Of a DNA stretch of 64,000 nt, positions 48,101-61,092 are shown in pieces. Each line of letters opens with the position of its first letter. The stretch's first letter is position 1. The stretch is from Blastocystis sp. Blastoise (lineage: Eukaryota > Protista > Bigyra: Opalinata): NCBI GenBank assembly GCA_039096225.1, contig JBBPEB010000029.1:434001-498000 (forward strand), in the 5' to 3' direction. A program made the position numbers and the translations under genes. The notes below the pieces were generated by a model. The model was not told the origin of the DNA. It saw nothing but the letters and a program-made list of their open reading frames with translations, and searched no databases.

Positions 48101-50600
48101 TAATGTATTCTATAATATTGAGTAATACTATCTTCTGGTATAGAAGGAAAAGATAAAGAAGAATTACTAGAAGACCAAACAGGTTCATTAAATAAATTAG
48201 TATTCCAATGTTTAGGTGGTTCTTTATTATCATAAGCATAAATCATAGGTTCAAAAACAGAATCTGAAAGAAGTGATATATATATTAATACAGAATCAGA
48301 ATCTATACTAGTAATTGAATTAATATATTCATTATTTATATATGTAGAACAATTAAAAGTTTCTAGACTATAATCCGTGACAGTTGCATCAAACATATAT
48401 TCTTCAGTAGCTAAACATACAGTATAACTTTCTTGATTATAATAATAAAAACGGTAATATTCATAACTATCACTAAACGAATGTATATTAATAAGAAAAT
48501 CTGTATTAGAATCAGCAGAGCAAGTAACACGAACAAGGGAATGACCATGTTGTCTACAAATTGCAGAGTTTAATACTAAATTATAAGTATATTGATTATT
48601 ATAAATATCATATGCAGTTATTGTATATAGAGAAGAAGATAAAGATTCTACAAGAAAACCAGTAATAGTACCAGTATTACTATCTATTTTTAAATAAGAA
48701 GGAAGAGAAGGTGAAGCACTAAAACGAGAATAATATTCATGATTATCAAAGGTAATTGTAACATCAGTATTAATATATATAGAAACAGGATTTGTTGTAG
48801 ATAATGATGGTATTAAATCATATTCTAAATTATCTACAAAAAAAGAGATTTCAGCCATTTCATAAAAACCATCTGGAACATTTTCATAATTATTTAAAAA
48901 ATCAAATCGAAGTCCATAATAAGCTTCAGTATGATATTTAAACATAAAACATTCTTTATAAGATGTTTGAGAGAAAAAGGCATTTTCTACAGAACTAACA
49001 AGATATTCTTGGTTATTTTGATCTAATGCATATATATTCCAAGAAACAGGTGTTGATGATGAAATTGATTGAATTGAAATACAATATCTAGTCATATATA
49101 AATAATTTTTAATAAATTGAATAGTAAAAGTAGGTGGTTCTAGTTCATCTGCTGCTAATTCTATTGGTTGACTTATAGATAAATCAAATAATGCATCAAG
49201 TGAAGAAGTATCTTCAAAATTAGAAGAAAGAATAGTAGGGGTAACAGCATAAGGAATAGATGTATCTACTAAAATCATAAAATTACCATCAAATGCAATA
49301 TTATGATTTGGAATATTATTATAGATTAAGACAGATATAGTAATAGTATCTGAATCACTAAAAAATGACAAAGGACCCGTTGTTGAAGCAGTATCAACAG
49401 AATCAATAGTAGTAGTACTTGTATAACCATCTTTAAAGCCAGTTTTATATACTTGATGATCATTTATATAAATCATAATATTATCTTCAGTATTAAATGC
49501 AAATAGCCATGCTTTTTGATCTATAATAGTAGGTGTATCTATTGTTTTACGGTATATAGTATATACATCTGAAGAAGTAGGAAGAGGAGTAGAAGTAGAA
49601 ATAACAGTATTCCAAGTAGAATCATCAACAATAGATCCATACCATTCTGTAGGTATATCCATATATGTATTATATTTCCATTCTGCATGATAACCAATAG
49701 AAGTAATTAAACTAATAGAATAAGTTTCAGGAGATTGAAAAATAGTTTTAAGTGTAGAACTAAATAATTTTTGTAAACCTACATAAGCGGTAACAGTAAC
49801 AGATGATTGTGAAGACCATAATTTATTTTCTACTTGTCCTAATTCTAATTTTATTAATGTAGATGTAACACAATATTCATAAGTTTTAGTCGTAAATGTA
49901 TTTTGTTGAATAGTATCTAATAAATTATCATTTTCATCATATAATTTAACATATTCTTCTACAACATAAGAAGTACTTCTGGTAATAGTAAAATAAATAG
50001 ACTTTGTAGTATCGCAAGTATCTTTTATAGAAACTTCAAGAGATCGACGTAAATAGGAAGTTTGAGGTAAAGTTATAGTAGTATCAGATACATAAGGAGT
50101 ATTAATCAATTGAATACGAGAAATAGAAAGAGAAGAAGAAGAAGGTGTTGTACATAATAATTTATAAGATTGAAAATATTGTTTATTAGAAGGAATATAA
50201 ATAGTATAAAATATAGAAGATGTAGAAATAATTAAATTATTTTGTTGATCAATTTCTATCCATTCATTATTACTATTTAAACCATATAAAACTAAAGTAT
50301 TTGAAGAAGAAGTAGAAGAAGCTTGTATACGATATCCATTCACCCAAATAGAAGATTTTGAAATAGTATTAAAATATAAAATAAGAGATGTGTTATTAGT
50401 ATTAGTATTTAATATACTAGTATTAGGAATAGAAGATATATTATATTGACTAATAGAAGGTACGACTGTGTAAGAATCATCATTTAAAGAAGATAATTGA
50501 ACAGCTAATGGCTCCATTATAGGAATATAAGCTATAGAGAAATAGCATTAAATATTATTATTTTTAATTTTTTTTTAATTTAGTTTTTAAAAAGTTAATA

Positions 50601-50640
<40 letters not shown>

Positions 50641-51959
50641 GTATAGTATCTAATCCATAACTATAAACTTCAAAGAAAAACGGAGAATCTGATTGGTCAG
50701 AGTACATATGTACTTCAACGGCAAGAATTAACTGCTCCATATTTTGGTAATACATATTTTTATGTAATAATACTCTATATATATATATATAAGATTAAAA
50801 AAAGTTTAAAAGTTTAAAATATATATATATATATACTGTTTAAAAGAAGGATTTTTAGCAAATACTAAAGATTTAGTAGTGGAATCAACATTAGTTCTAT
50901 ATATATATATATATATATATATAGCGAATATAAAAAATAATATATATATATTAGCGAATAGTAAAAAAAACAATATATAAATAAATATAATAAATAAAAA
51001 ATAATACATATAAATAAATATATATATATACGTTGGTAATCCGTAACGAAAAGCTTCAATTCCATTAGCATATAGAATAAATCCATAATTAGTTTTTATA
51101 CTAATTTGATAAAGAGAAGTAAGAGGAGCAGACAAAACTTGTTTAAAATAATGAGTTGTGATAGATTGATTTATATTTATAGTAGAGTTATAAGGAATAC
51201 CCCAAGTTTCTGTTGCATCGGATTTCCATGTGTTCATTAATTGACTATCCTCTGACATATACCAATTCTTAGACGACTCAAGTATCTCAGAAACTATATT
51301 AAATACAAAATATTAATCGATATACATTAAAAAATACTTAAAATAATTAAAAATAAATAAAAAACATTAAAAAAAAAAACAATAACAACAAAAGGTTTCA
51401 ATGAAAAAGCAAGGAATCATAGTAAAAGATAAAGAATATAAACATACTTGATATATCCTGTCTAGGTAAGAAAGAAAACAAGTTAGTTTCATCAACAATA
51501 AAAAGAACCAGCTGATTATACACTACACGAATAAAAGACCCTTTACGCCAGCTGCTTGTAGGTCTATATATAAAGTATATACTTCATCTTCAAACGTTTC
51601 TATATCATTTTATTGATATAAAACACATAGGGATTGAACAGAAAAACATACATTGCATTAATCTTTAAGAAATATTGCTTGTTCTCAATCATACAGACGG
51701 TGGAATGATGTAGAACTCCAGAATAAGTCATATTCTTATCAGTATCTACAATCTTTGACACACTATTTGGATATTTACTAATTATATTATAGTAATTCTT
51801 AACGGGAACCGATGTGTAGTAGCTTTCTATTTCTATTTCTTGTTCTTGTTCATCACAATGAGCCATACCTAGAGAATCATTATATAAATCTTAGTTTTCA
51901 TTCATAAGCTTACAGGCACTTAATAATATCGTTATGACTAATAAAAATAAAGCTTTCAT
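45187..51959 (-). CDS. Very large secreted/surface protein with galactose-binding-like, putative Ig (He_PIG-like) and Cys-rich hormone-receptor-like repeats
   Basis: Signal peptide MKALFLLVITILLSA and a 1397-aa exon. Motifs: WKY..W...VDDSTW, GMVIYLNGVEVRRINL..GDNIVSIEVH, PSLPSYLKIDSNTGTITG, PSLPEGLSFD..LYGIPT, W..V.PGENATISCPLGYIGNQTRLC..W..IDTSNC. Confidence 0.8.
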
Positions 51960-52591
51960 CGTTATTTCTTTGAATTTGATTTTTGTTTTAAAAAGAAAAT
52001 TTTTAATTTTGAACCAATTTTAATTCTTCATTTTTCTCATTTTTAGGTTTTTCTTCATTCAGGAAAATTATTGGAACAATGAAGTACTGCGGATTTTATT
52101 GGATATGGTGATTTCTAATCCAATAAGACCCGCCAATTTTGTTTTACTTTCTTTTATTGGGAAAGTGAATTTACAAAAACTCACCCATAAAGAATTAGTT
52201 ATTTCTAAAAGTAAATTAACTTTACGATAGTAATATTTATTTTTCATTAAATTCTTCATTCACAAAGAAGAACAAAATATGTTTTTCAACAAACAGAATC
52301 TCAATGTGCTGGCTTATGGATCTTTTAGTTATCTTGTGTAAGAATCTACTTAACAGCTTTTAAGATTTCATAACGTAAAGAGACTAATAGAAAATGGTCA
52401 TTCTAAAATATTGTAAGAATTCACGAAATAATTTTTTTTTATTTAGAAGAATCTTTATTTTTTTTTTAAATATATTTATTCATTTTCTTGTATTATATGC
52501 TTTTTATAATATAGTGAGAAGTTGAGAAAGTTCAAATTTGAGTTTGGTCTCTGTATTTCTAACACTTCACTATGGACATTTTTTCAGGTTT

Positions 52592-52806
52592 CTGTCAAAA
52601 GGTCCAACGACTTTTTTGTTTTGGTTTCCCCAGTGGTGAGCAGTGAAAATTTTTAAATATGTAGCTGACAAAAGGTTATTTGATTTTTCTGTTTGGTTTC
52701 CCCAGTGGTGGAGCAGTGAAAAAATTTTAAAGGGTAGCTGACAAAAGGTCCAACGACTTTTTTGCTTTGGTTTCCCCAGTGGTGAGCAGTGAAATTTTTT
52801 GTCAGA
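52592..52806. repeat. Left subterminal tandem repeat, about 72-bp unit x3
   Basis: CTG(T/A)CAAAAGGT..TTTGGTTTCCCCAGTGGTG(G)AGCAGTGAAA occurs three times. Confidence 0.92.
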
Positions 52807-55600
52807 GTTTCAGTGATTTTATAAAATCGAAAAGCAGTGCAAAAGTATGACGCACCTTAAAACAATAATTGGCGAATAAAAATGGTTTTAAATATTCTCT
52901 ATTTTTTCATTTATTGGCTTTTTTTATTCTTTTTGTGGTGTAATAATAAACGATATAACAAAACAAACAAATTAAATATTATCAAATAATCATAAAAACA
53001 AATAATAGAAAACAATAATAATAAATATATAAAAAAAAGATAATAAAACATATAATAAATAATATAATAAAATATATATAATATTTAATTTATAATATTT
53101 CAACCAGGACAGTTTCAGTCTTTAATTTGCATTTAAGCCTAACCAACCTATATAAAGAGATGATATTAGTTAAGTATTACTAATAATAATATATATATAA
53201 CATTTTAAAATAATAATAAAATAAAAAATATATACCTTTTCTAATCATTACAAGACAGGCAAGGAATCAAAGACAAAGAACCATCCTATAAAAGATATAT
53301 GATAAATAGTATAATGAATAAAACAATATAATTAAATATATATATATACTTTTTATAAACCATTCTCTCCAATTAACAACAACGACAGCAACGGAACCCC
53401 TGGAAACCTATATAAAGATAGAGTAAGTTATATAATATAATAATATATAATAAAGTAAATTAATATAGAATAATAAAATATAAATATATACATTAATGCT
53501 ATATAAATATAAAGTGGGGTTAGTTATATAATATGTAATAGATAATATAGATGATATATACCTTCTTTTAACATTGATTCCTTCCATTCTAGACCTAAAG
53601 AACCCATCTATAAGAGAGCCACGACCACACACAAGAAGGACCAGAACGTTTAAGGAGACCAGCAAGTGTCAAAACACCAAGCAGAGACAGCTACTATAGA
53701 AAATGAATGAATAGAGTAGAAAAAATAAAATATAAAGAAACAGCAAACACCTACCATCATAATAGTATCATATATAATAAAATAAAAATAAAATTTAATA
53801 ATATATCATATTAATCATATAAGATATAATAAAATAAATATGTGATAAGTCATGTAGCATTTTGTTTTGTTATAAAAGGGTGTAATAGGAATTTAGAAGA
53901 TATAGCTGAAATAATGAAAATAAACATGAATAATCTCATATCTACTAAATATAGAGAATCTTCATCATAAGAAAAATGAATGGTTAAGAATAAAAGAGAA
54001 AGAAAAATTTTATTTCTATGAGGAAAATGGATATTGTTATTGTTATTTTCAATTTATCATAATTATCATAAGTAATACAAAAATTGTTTTATTTTAAAGA
54101 ATTATATAGTTATTTATCATTATATCATTTTATAATCAGTTTTGACTATGGAAGAGTGATTTTTATCCTTAATTGTCAAAATTATTTTTAGTATCACTCA
54201 GTAAGTATAAGTCTTTTAAAAAATAAATATAGGTTACAATACAGACTTATAGAGAAGACTCTGAAACTTCTATTTCCAGAATAAAAGTCATTTATATAAT
54301 CCAGAATGATTGCCTGAATCATTATTTAAAGAATCAGTTTTATCACATATCTTCAATAAAATTATAAAATAAAGAAAATGAAGATAAAAAGGTCTAGAGT
54401 CGAAAAATGTTATGAAATATTATCTTTTTAATGTATTTGTCCCGATTTTTTATTAATCTGTTATCATAATATGACAAAGAGAGTGGTAAAAACATTTTAA
54501 AAGTGAATTAAAGCAATAATTGGAATCAAGTTAAAGTCTTCTAATACCTTTAAATAGACTTGAAATACATAGAGTAAGCATTTTTTCATGCAAATAGTGT
54601 TTTTCATTTAAATAATATCAAAAACAAATCAAAATAGTATTTTATAATTACTCAGCAAGAACTTTTTCTAGTATTCAAGGACTTACTATTATCAAATATA
54701 CGTATAAACAAACAAAAATCATATTTTATATATTTTTAGTTGAATAGTCGGAGTCGTGTTGATAGTTTATTATAAAACAAATGCAAAAATCACTTTTTTG
54801 TCAAAAAAAGTCTTATATCGATATATAGTTTTATTCATAATTTATTTATTGTCTACAAACTCTGTGTATTCATTTTAAGTGATTTTTAGTAAAACTAAAA
54901 TTATTTGAAATACATATTCTAATTTCGAAAATGACAAAAACATATTATATTACATATTTAGTGTTTAAATGAAGTTTAAAAGTTATTAAAATATCAATTA
55001 GTTAAAAAATATAAAATATTGAGAATCTCCATTTTTATGACTTGTCTTAAATCACGTTAAAGGTGTATAATTGAATAGTTGCATTGATTATTTGTATGAT
55101 TCTAGTAATATTTTCTAAGAATTTTGTTTTTTAACAAGAATAAATTCTTAATTTATTGTTTATCAACTTAAAAATGTATTTAAATGATTATTTTCTTGTG
55201 TAAAAGGGTATAGTGGTTATATGAAAAAAAAATTACGCAGAATCATTTGATAATATAATTTTGAAAAATGAGAATTATTATTTTGAACTAAACTAATTTT
55301 TCACATATACTCATTATAAAACGACTTGAATAATCTTTTGAGAAGATTATTTTGTTTTATAATACACTTAAGAAGTAATTGAATGTTATTGTGTCTCTTT
55401 TTGTTAAAAAGATTATTTTGAATGCTATTTTTGATTGATCTATATATTATCAATGCATTCAATGATGAAATAAATACATATGTAAAGAAAAAATAGTAAT
55501 TGATCTAATTTATCTTCATCTATTTGAATAGATAATTTTTGAAAAAATTAATATAATATAATTATTGATACCTATATATAAAGAATTAGTTATGTAATTG

Positions 55601-55669
55601 ACCTTAAGACAGGAATTGAACCTGTTTTCTATCATAAACTGATAGATACTTACCAATATAAGCTTAAGG
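55601..55669 (-). tRNA. Non-canonical tRNA-like cloverleaf (pseudo-tRNA or processing signal)
   Basis: CCTTAAG/CTTAAGG acceptor stem, D arm with TGGTAA, CTATC/GATAG stem with loop AGTTTAT, T arm ACAGG-TTCAATT-CCTGT. It lacks U8 and U33. Confidence 0.6.
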
Positions 55670-55689
55670 ATAATATAGAATAAAAATAC

Positions 55690-57413
55690 ATAAATGAAAG
55701 TAAAATAGTAGGAATAATGAGTCAGTATGATGTGTAAGGATATATTTATATATGTATAAGTGAAAAAGGATGCTAGAAGAAGGGAAAAGAAGTAAAAAAG
55801 AATAAAAGAGAAAGAAATATAAAGTAAATGAGATAGGGTCTTTAATTATTGAGATTAATAAAAAAAATGAAAAATAATTTATAATAAATGACAAAGATAG
55901 ATATATAGAGATCTATAATAATAAGGAATGCAGAAGAGAAGAGGATTAGAGGATAAAGAATAAGAAGAAGATAAGGAAGATAAGGAAGAAGATAAGGAAG
56001 ATAAGGAAGAATAAGAAGAAGATAAGGAAGAAGATAAGGAAGATAAGGAAGAATAAGAAGAAGATAAGGAAGAATAAGAAGAAGAAAAGAAGAATAGGAA
56101 GAAGATAAGGAAGATAAGGAAGAAGAAGAAAAGAAGAATAGGAAGAAGATAAGGAAGAAGAAGAAGAATAGGAAGAAGAATAAGAAGATAAGGAAGAATA
56201 AGAAGAATAAGAAGATAAGGAAGATAAGGAAGAAGAAGAAGAAGATAAGGAAGAAGAAGAAAAGAAGAATAGGAAGAAGAAAAAGAAAAGAAGAATAGGA
56301 AGAAGATAAGGAAGAAGAAGAAGAATAGGAAGAAGAATAAGAAGATAAGGAAGATAAGGAAGAATAAGAAGAAGATAAGGAAGAAGAAGAAAAGAAGAAT
56401 AGGAAGAAGATAAGGAAGAAGAAGAAGAATAGGAAGAAGAATAAGAAGATAAGGAAGATAAGGAAGAATAAGAAGAAGGAAATGAATAATGACAACAAGA
56501 AGATGAAGAATAAATAGAATAATGATAAGAAAGAATAAATAGATTAATAAGAGAACAAGAGGATGAATGTGAAGAAGAGACAAGGAAGGAGGTGAAAAAA
56601 AGAAAGAAAAGTAAGATAAAGAATAGGAAGAAGATATACAAGAAAATGAAGAAGAAGAGAAAGAAAAGAAAAGAAGAATAAACAAGAAACATATATAGAG
56701 AAACAGAAAGATATAAAGAAATAAAAGAGATAGATAGATAGATAGATAGATAGAGAGAAAAAAAATACAAAGATATAAATAGATAGATACACTAATAGAT
56801 GAATAGAAAGAAAGAAGAAAAGAGAGACATAAAGAAGAAATTAGATAGAAAGAGATAGAATTCTATATAGAATGAGAGATATACAAAAGAAATCAAATGA
56901 AATAGAGAATAAGATAAAAATAGATACAAGAATAAAGATAAAAAGAGAAATAGAGGAGTAGGGAAGGTGTATAAAAAAGAAAGAATATAAAGATAGGTAG
57001 AGAGGAATTGAGAAGGATAGAGAAGGAGGAGGAAAACAGATAGAATTGGAAGACGAAGAAAAGAAGATGAGACGAAGAAGGGAGAAAAAAGGAGCAGGAA
57101 GTGAATATCAAGAAAGATAAATTTATATAGAAAAAAATTAGAAAGAAAAATACATACAAAGAAAACGATAGGGAATGATAGAGAGAATTATAATTTGAAT
57201 GACATAGAGAGAAGGAGAGACAAAGCAAGATAAAGAAGTATAATAGAAAAAACAAAGAAGAAAAAAAGAAGAATAAAAAAAAAGAAAAGATAGAACAATA
57301 GTATATGAGAGAAGAAAGAGACAGAAAGAAAACGGGAAATAGGGTAGAGACATAGAAGGTAATAAAATATATAGAAGGGGAGAGGGGATTGAGATAAATA
57401 AATAGATAGATAT

Positions 57414-57486
<73 letters not shown>

Positions 57487-59490
57487 GATAGAAGAATACC
57501 GAAAGATATAGAGAAGGAGATAAATATTAATAAAAAGGAAAATATGGATAGAGAGGAGATAGAATCAAACAGAGAAGGAGAAGTAGATAAAAGTCGATTG
57601 AGGGAAGAGAGAAGTAGATTAAAATAAAAACAAATAGCAAGAGTTAAAAGGAAGAAGGGAAGAATATAGAATGATTTGAAGAATGAGATGTATATAGAAG
57701 TGAATAGAAGGAAATAGAGAAGGAGAAGTAGATAGAAAAGATTAAAAATAGAAGGAGATAGAAAGATAAGAGAATGATATAGATACAATAGAATGAGATA
57801 GAGAAGATAAAGTAGATAGAAATGGATAGAAATAAGAAAAATAAATAGGATAAGAGAGAAAGAGAGATAAAAGGATATAAAAGGATATAGAAGGAGAGAA
57901 AACGGATTGAGATGTAGTAAGATGGAAGGATGTAGATGGAAATAGAGAAGTAGATAGAAGATGATGGAGAATAAAGAGGAGATAGAAGAGGAGATAGAAG
58001 GAGAAAAAGAAGAAGAGGAAGTAAATTAAGTTAGAAGGAGATATAATAAGATAGAGAAGTAGATATACGTAGATATAAGGAAATATACGAAGATATAAGT
58101 AGATAAGAGAAAATAGAAGGAAATAGAGAATGAGATTGAGACACATAAATGAGGTAGAATGAGATAGATAAGGATAGAGAAATATGAAGAGAAATATAGG
58201 AATACAGAGAGATAGAATGATGTTGAAAGAGAAAGAAAAGGAAAGACTGAAGATTGAGACAGAAGGAGTAGCTGAGATAAAAGGAAGATAGAGAAGGAAA
58301 TTGAAAGATGAAGGAAGAAGGAGAGAAGATGAAAGAAGAAGAATATAGAAGAAGATAGAGAATGAGATAATAGGGATAGAAAGAGAAAAATAGGAAAAAA
58401 AGATGGTTAGAAGAAAATAGAAAAGGAGAAAGAAGGAGAGATAGAAGGAGAAATAGAAGGATATAAAAGAGATTAAGAAAGAAGTTAGAGACAAGAAGAT
58501 ATAGATATATAGAAAGAAATAAAAGGATTAAATAGAAGATTAAGATAGAAGAAAAGAGACAAAATAGAAGTAGATATAACAATATAGAGAATGAAAGGAT
58601 AGAAATAAAAATAGAAAATAGATAACTAGAACATAAGAATATATAATAATAGAGAGAAGGAGAGAGAGAAAAAAAAGTAGATATAAAGTGGAAAAGGAGA
58701 CATAGAAGGAAATATAAAAGGAAACAAGAAGGTAGAAAGAGACATATAAGATAAAATAGACAGGGACAGAGAGAAATAAATGGAAAAAGAATAAGGATAA
58801 AGATGGATACGAGAATAGAGAGGGAGAGAAGGAAGATTGAGATAGAATTATACAGAAAGAGGAGAGAAGGAAGATAAAGAAGGAAAATAGGGCAGTAAAA
58901 AAAAGGGAATCAGAAGGAGGAGAGAAGAAGTATGAGAAGAATAGAAAGAAGGAAGAGGAGGAAGGCAAATAATAGAAGAGAACTATATATATAATAAATA
59001 GTGATATAAATATAAATAAGAAGATGAAGATCTGAAAAAAGCAAAGAATTATATGGAGAAGAAGAAGAAGAAGAAGAGGAAGAGGAAGAAAAGGAGGGTA
59101 TACACTAATACATGTCGAGGAAAAAGAAGTATAGAATAAGGAGAAGAGGATAACAGGATAAAAGAAAAAGACATAACGAAATACAATGTAAATAGAATAG
59201 TGATTAAGAAAGAGTAATGAAAGAGTGATATAAAAGGGAAGCGAAGATAAGAGAGAGGTATAATTAAAAAAAAGAAAAATAAAGGAATTTAGATAGAAGA
59301 AAAAATAAAAGAAAAATGAAGATCTGAGGAAGATAATGAATCAAAGGGAGAGACAAGGATATAGGCTGGAGACAAGGTATAGGAAGAAGTAATAAAGAAA
59401 GAAGATGAAGAAATAAGGAGATAAAAGTGTAGAAGGAAGAAAATGAAGAAGAGAGAAGAAGGAATCATTTTGTGTAAGAAGAAGAAATAA
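55690..59490. repeat. About 3.8 kb polypurine(+)/polypyrimidine(-) low-complexity tract with GAAGA(T/A)AAG-type satellite and (GATA)n
   Basis: The plus strand is almost all A/G. A GAA/GAT/AAG/TAA/TAG-built satellite spans 55950-56480, and (GATA)n spans about 57403-57485. Confidence 0.95.
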
Positions 59491-60590
59491 AGAAGAACTA
59501 GATAATAAATAAATAAATAAATAAATAAATAAACATACCTAATAGAAAAAAATGAATTTGGTGATGTTGAGTCATAGGGAAAGATAACCAACAGAAACAG
59601 TAGAAAACAACCTAAATAAATAAATAATAATAAATAAAAATATAAAAATAATGAAAATAAATAATAAAATGAATTAGATTCTAATTTAAGAAAAAACAAA
59701 AAGAAAGCTAATAATAGATAGAATGAATATACGATAAGTACTCTATTATATAATACTTAAAAATATAACAAAGAAAAAAATTAGAGATAATTATAAAAAT
59801 AAATAAATACATATATACTTTGAAAGTAGTTTGACATCATAGACGTTGTTGACATGGACTGAAGAGGACTCTTATAACCATGGACGAGCAGGAACCTATA
59901 CATGCTAGAGAATGGGGAGAATGTTAATATTGATAAAGAATAAAAAATAGTAATATACATACAAGAGAATAATCTGAAGTTAAAATCAACTTCTATTTTT
60001 TAAAATAACAGCTAATAAAAATAAAATAAAAATAAAGAAAATAAGTAACAAATGAAAATATTTTCTAAGTTAATAGGCTCAATAGCGTATGGGTGTATTC
60101 AGGTCTTAAAAGAAAAATCATTTTTGCGGGAATATCAAGAAACTCAAAAAAAGTATTTTTTCCCTCCTTTTTTCACTGTCACTTTTCTTTAATATTTTTG
60201 ACTTTTTAGTATTAAAAACGATTCTTACAGGCATGTATAGAGACTCTATACCACTTTTGAGACTAAAAATCAAATATTTAAAAATGAGTGAAAAATCTTG
60301 ACTAGCAAGAAAAACAATTATGTGAAGCTGAGTATGTTGTGTATACACATATCTAACAACAGAGATGATAAAAACACACAACTCCTCTTGGTTTAGGACA
60401 TAATTATGAATTCTCTCAAAAAAGCTATTTTAAACCTTAAAACGATACCCTGAACTATAAATCAAGTCCTGAATGATATTCTAAAGTCATATTTTTAAAA
60501 ACAGGTTTAATGACGATAATCAATAAACAAAAACAAGAGCTTCCGTTTTACTTTTCTTTTTTGAATTTTTAATTGTTTTGACTTTCTAGG

Positions 60591-61092
60591 GTAGTTGGCT
60601 GAAAGAAATGTTGTCGTCTTTAGGCTAAAAAATGATGAATAAAAAAGTCAAGTCATTTTATTGTTTTTTCCTTGGGAAATAAAAAAGAAGAAATTTTTAG
60701 GTGTGTTTTGGTTTAGGCTGTATAATGGTTTTTATTGTAAAAGGACTTGACGAGAATGATTGAAATGATAATACATCACTCAGAGAACACACAACTTTAA
60801 AAAATTTGTCACTCATGTAATCCATTCCTGAATTATAGACTTCAGAGAAAAAATTAAAGTCTTTTTGGTTTTAAACAGTCATTTTAAATCATAAAACACT
60901 GTAAAATAGTCAATATTTAGAATGTCTATGATTATATAAATAAACAATATATTTTGTAGAGTTATTTTTAAGTTTTTCTCGTCAAAAAGAGAGAAACTTG
61001 ACAAGTTGGCGGACACTCTTTTCTCGAGTTTAGGCCAACGTATTTTTGATTAAAAAATCCCAGTCATTTTGTTGTTTCTCTTACGGGAAATA
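60591..61092. repeat. Right subterminal imperfect direct repeat (about 90 bp x2)
   Basis: AGTTGGC..TTTAGGC..AGTCATTTT(A/G)TTGTTT..GGGAAATA at about 60591-60681 and 61003-61092. Confidence 0.6.

Larger units (their letters stand above)
52962..59990 (-). ncRNA. Putative multi-exon transcript(s) without a long ORF inside the TIR element
   Basis: GC-richer blocks are bounded by genome-typical splice sites: 59895-59819, 59611-59539, 53693-53562, 53407-53350, 53285-53236 and 53147 onwards. TGTTTGTT lies at 52969-52962. The 53693-53562 block has stops in all three frames. Confidence 0.5.

Noticed and set aside
52592-52806. CRISPR-like array
   Set aside because: Eukaryotic DNA, only three units, the intervening parts are themselves repeated, and there are no cas genes; better read as subterminal repeats.
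53236-53815. About 95-codon open frame on the antisense of the spliced minus-strand exons
   Set aside because: No ATG, no recognisable motif, and the plus strand is T-poor, so an open frame is plausible by chance.
55950-56480. E/D/K-rich plus-strand frame with in-frame TAA/TAG, suggesting stop-codon reassignment
   Set aside because: The genes reconstructed here end in TAA and I saw no internal stops in the exons I read. The satellite also shifts frame.
55664-59699. Overlapping long minus-strand F/L/S-rich ORFs
   Set aside because: They are open in all frames only because the strand is almost A-free, so stops cannot form; low complexity.
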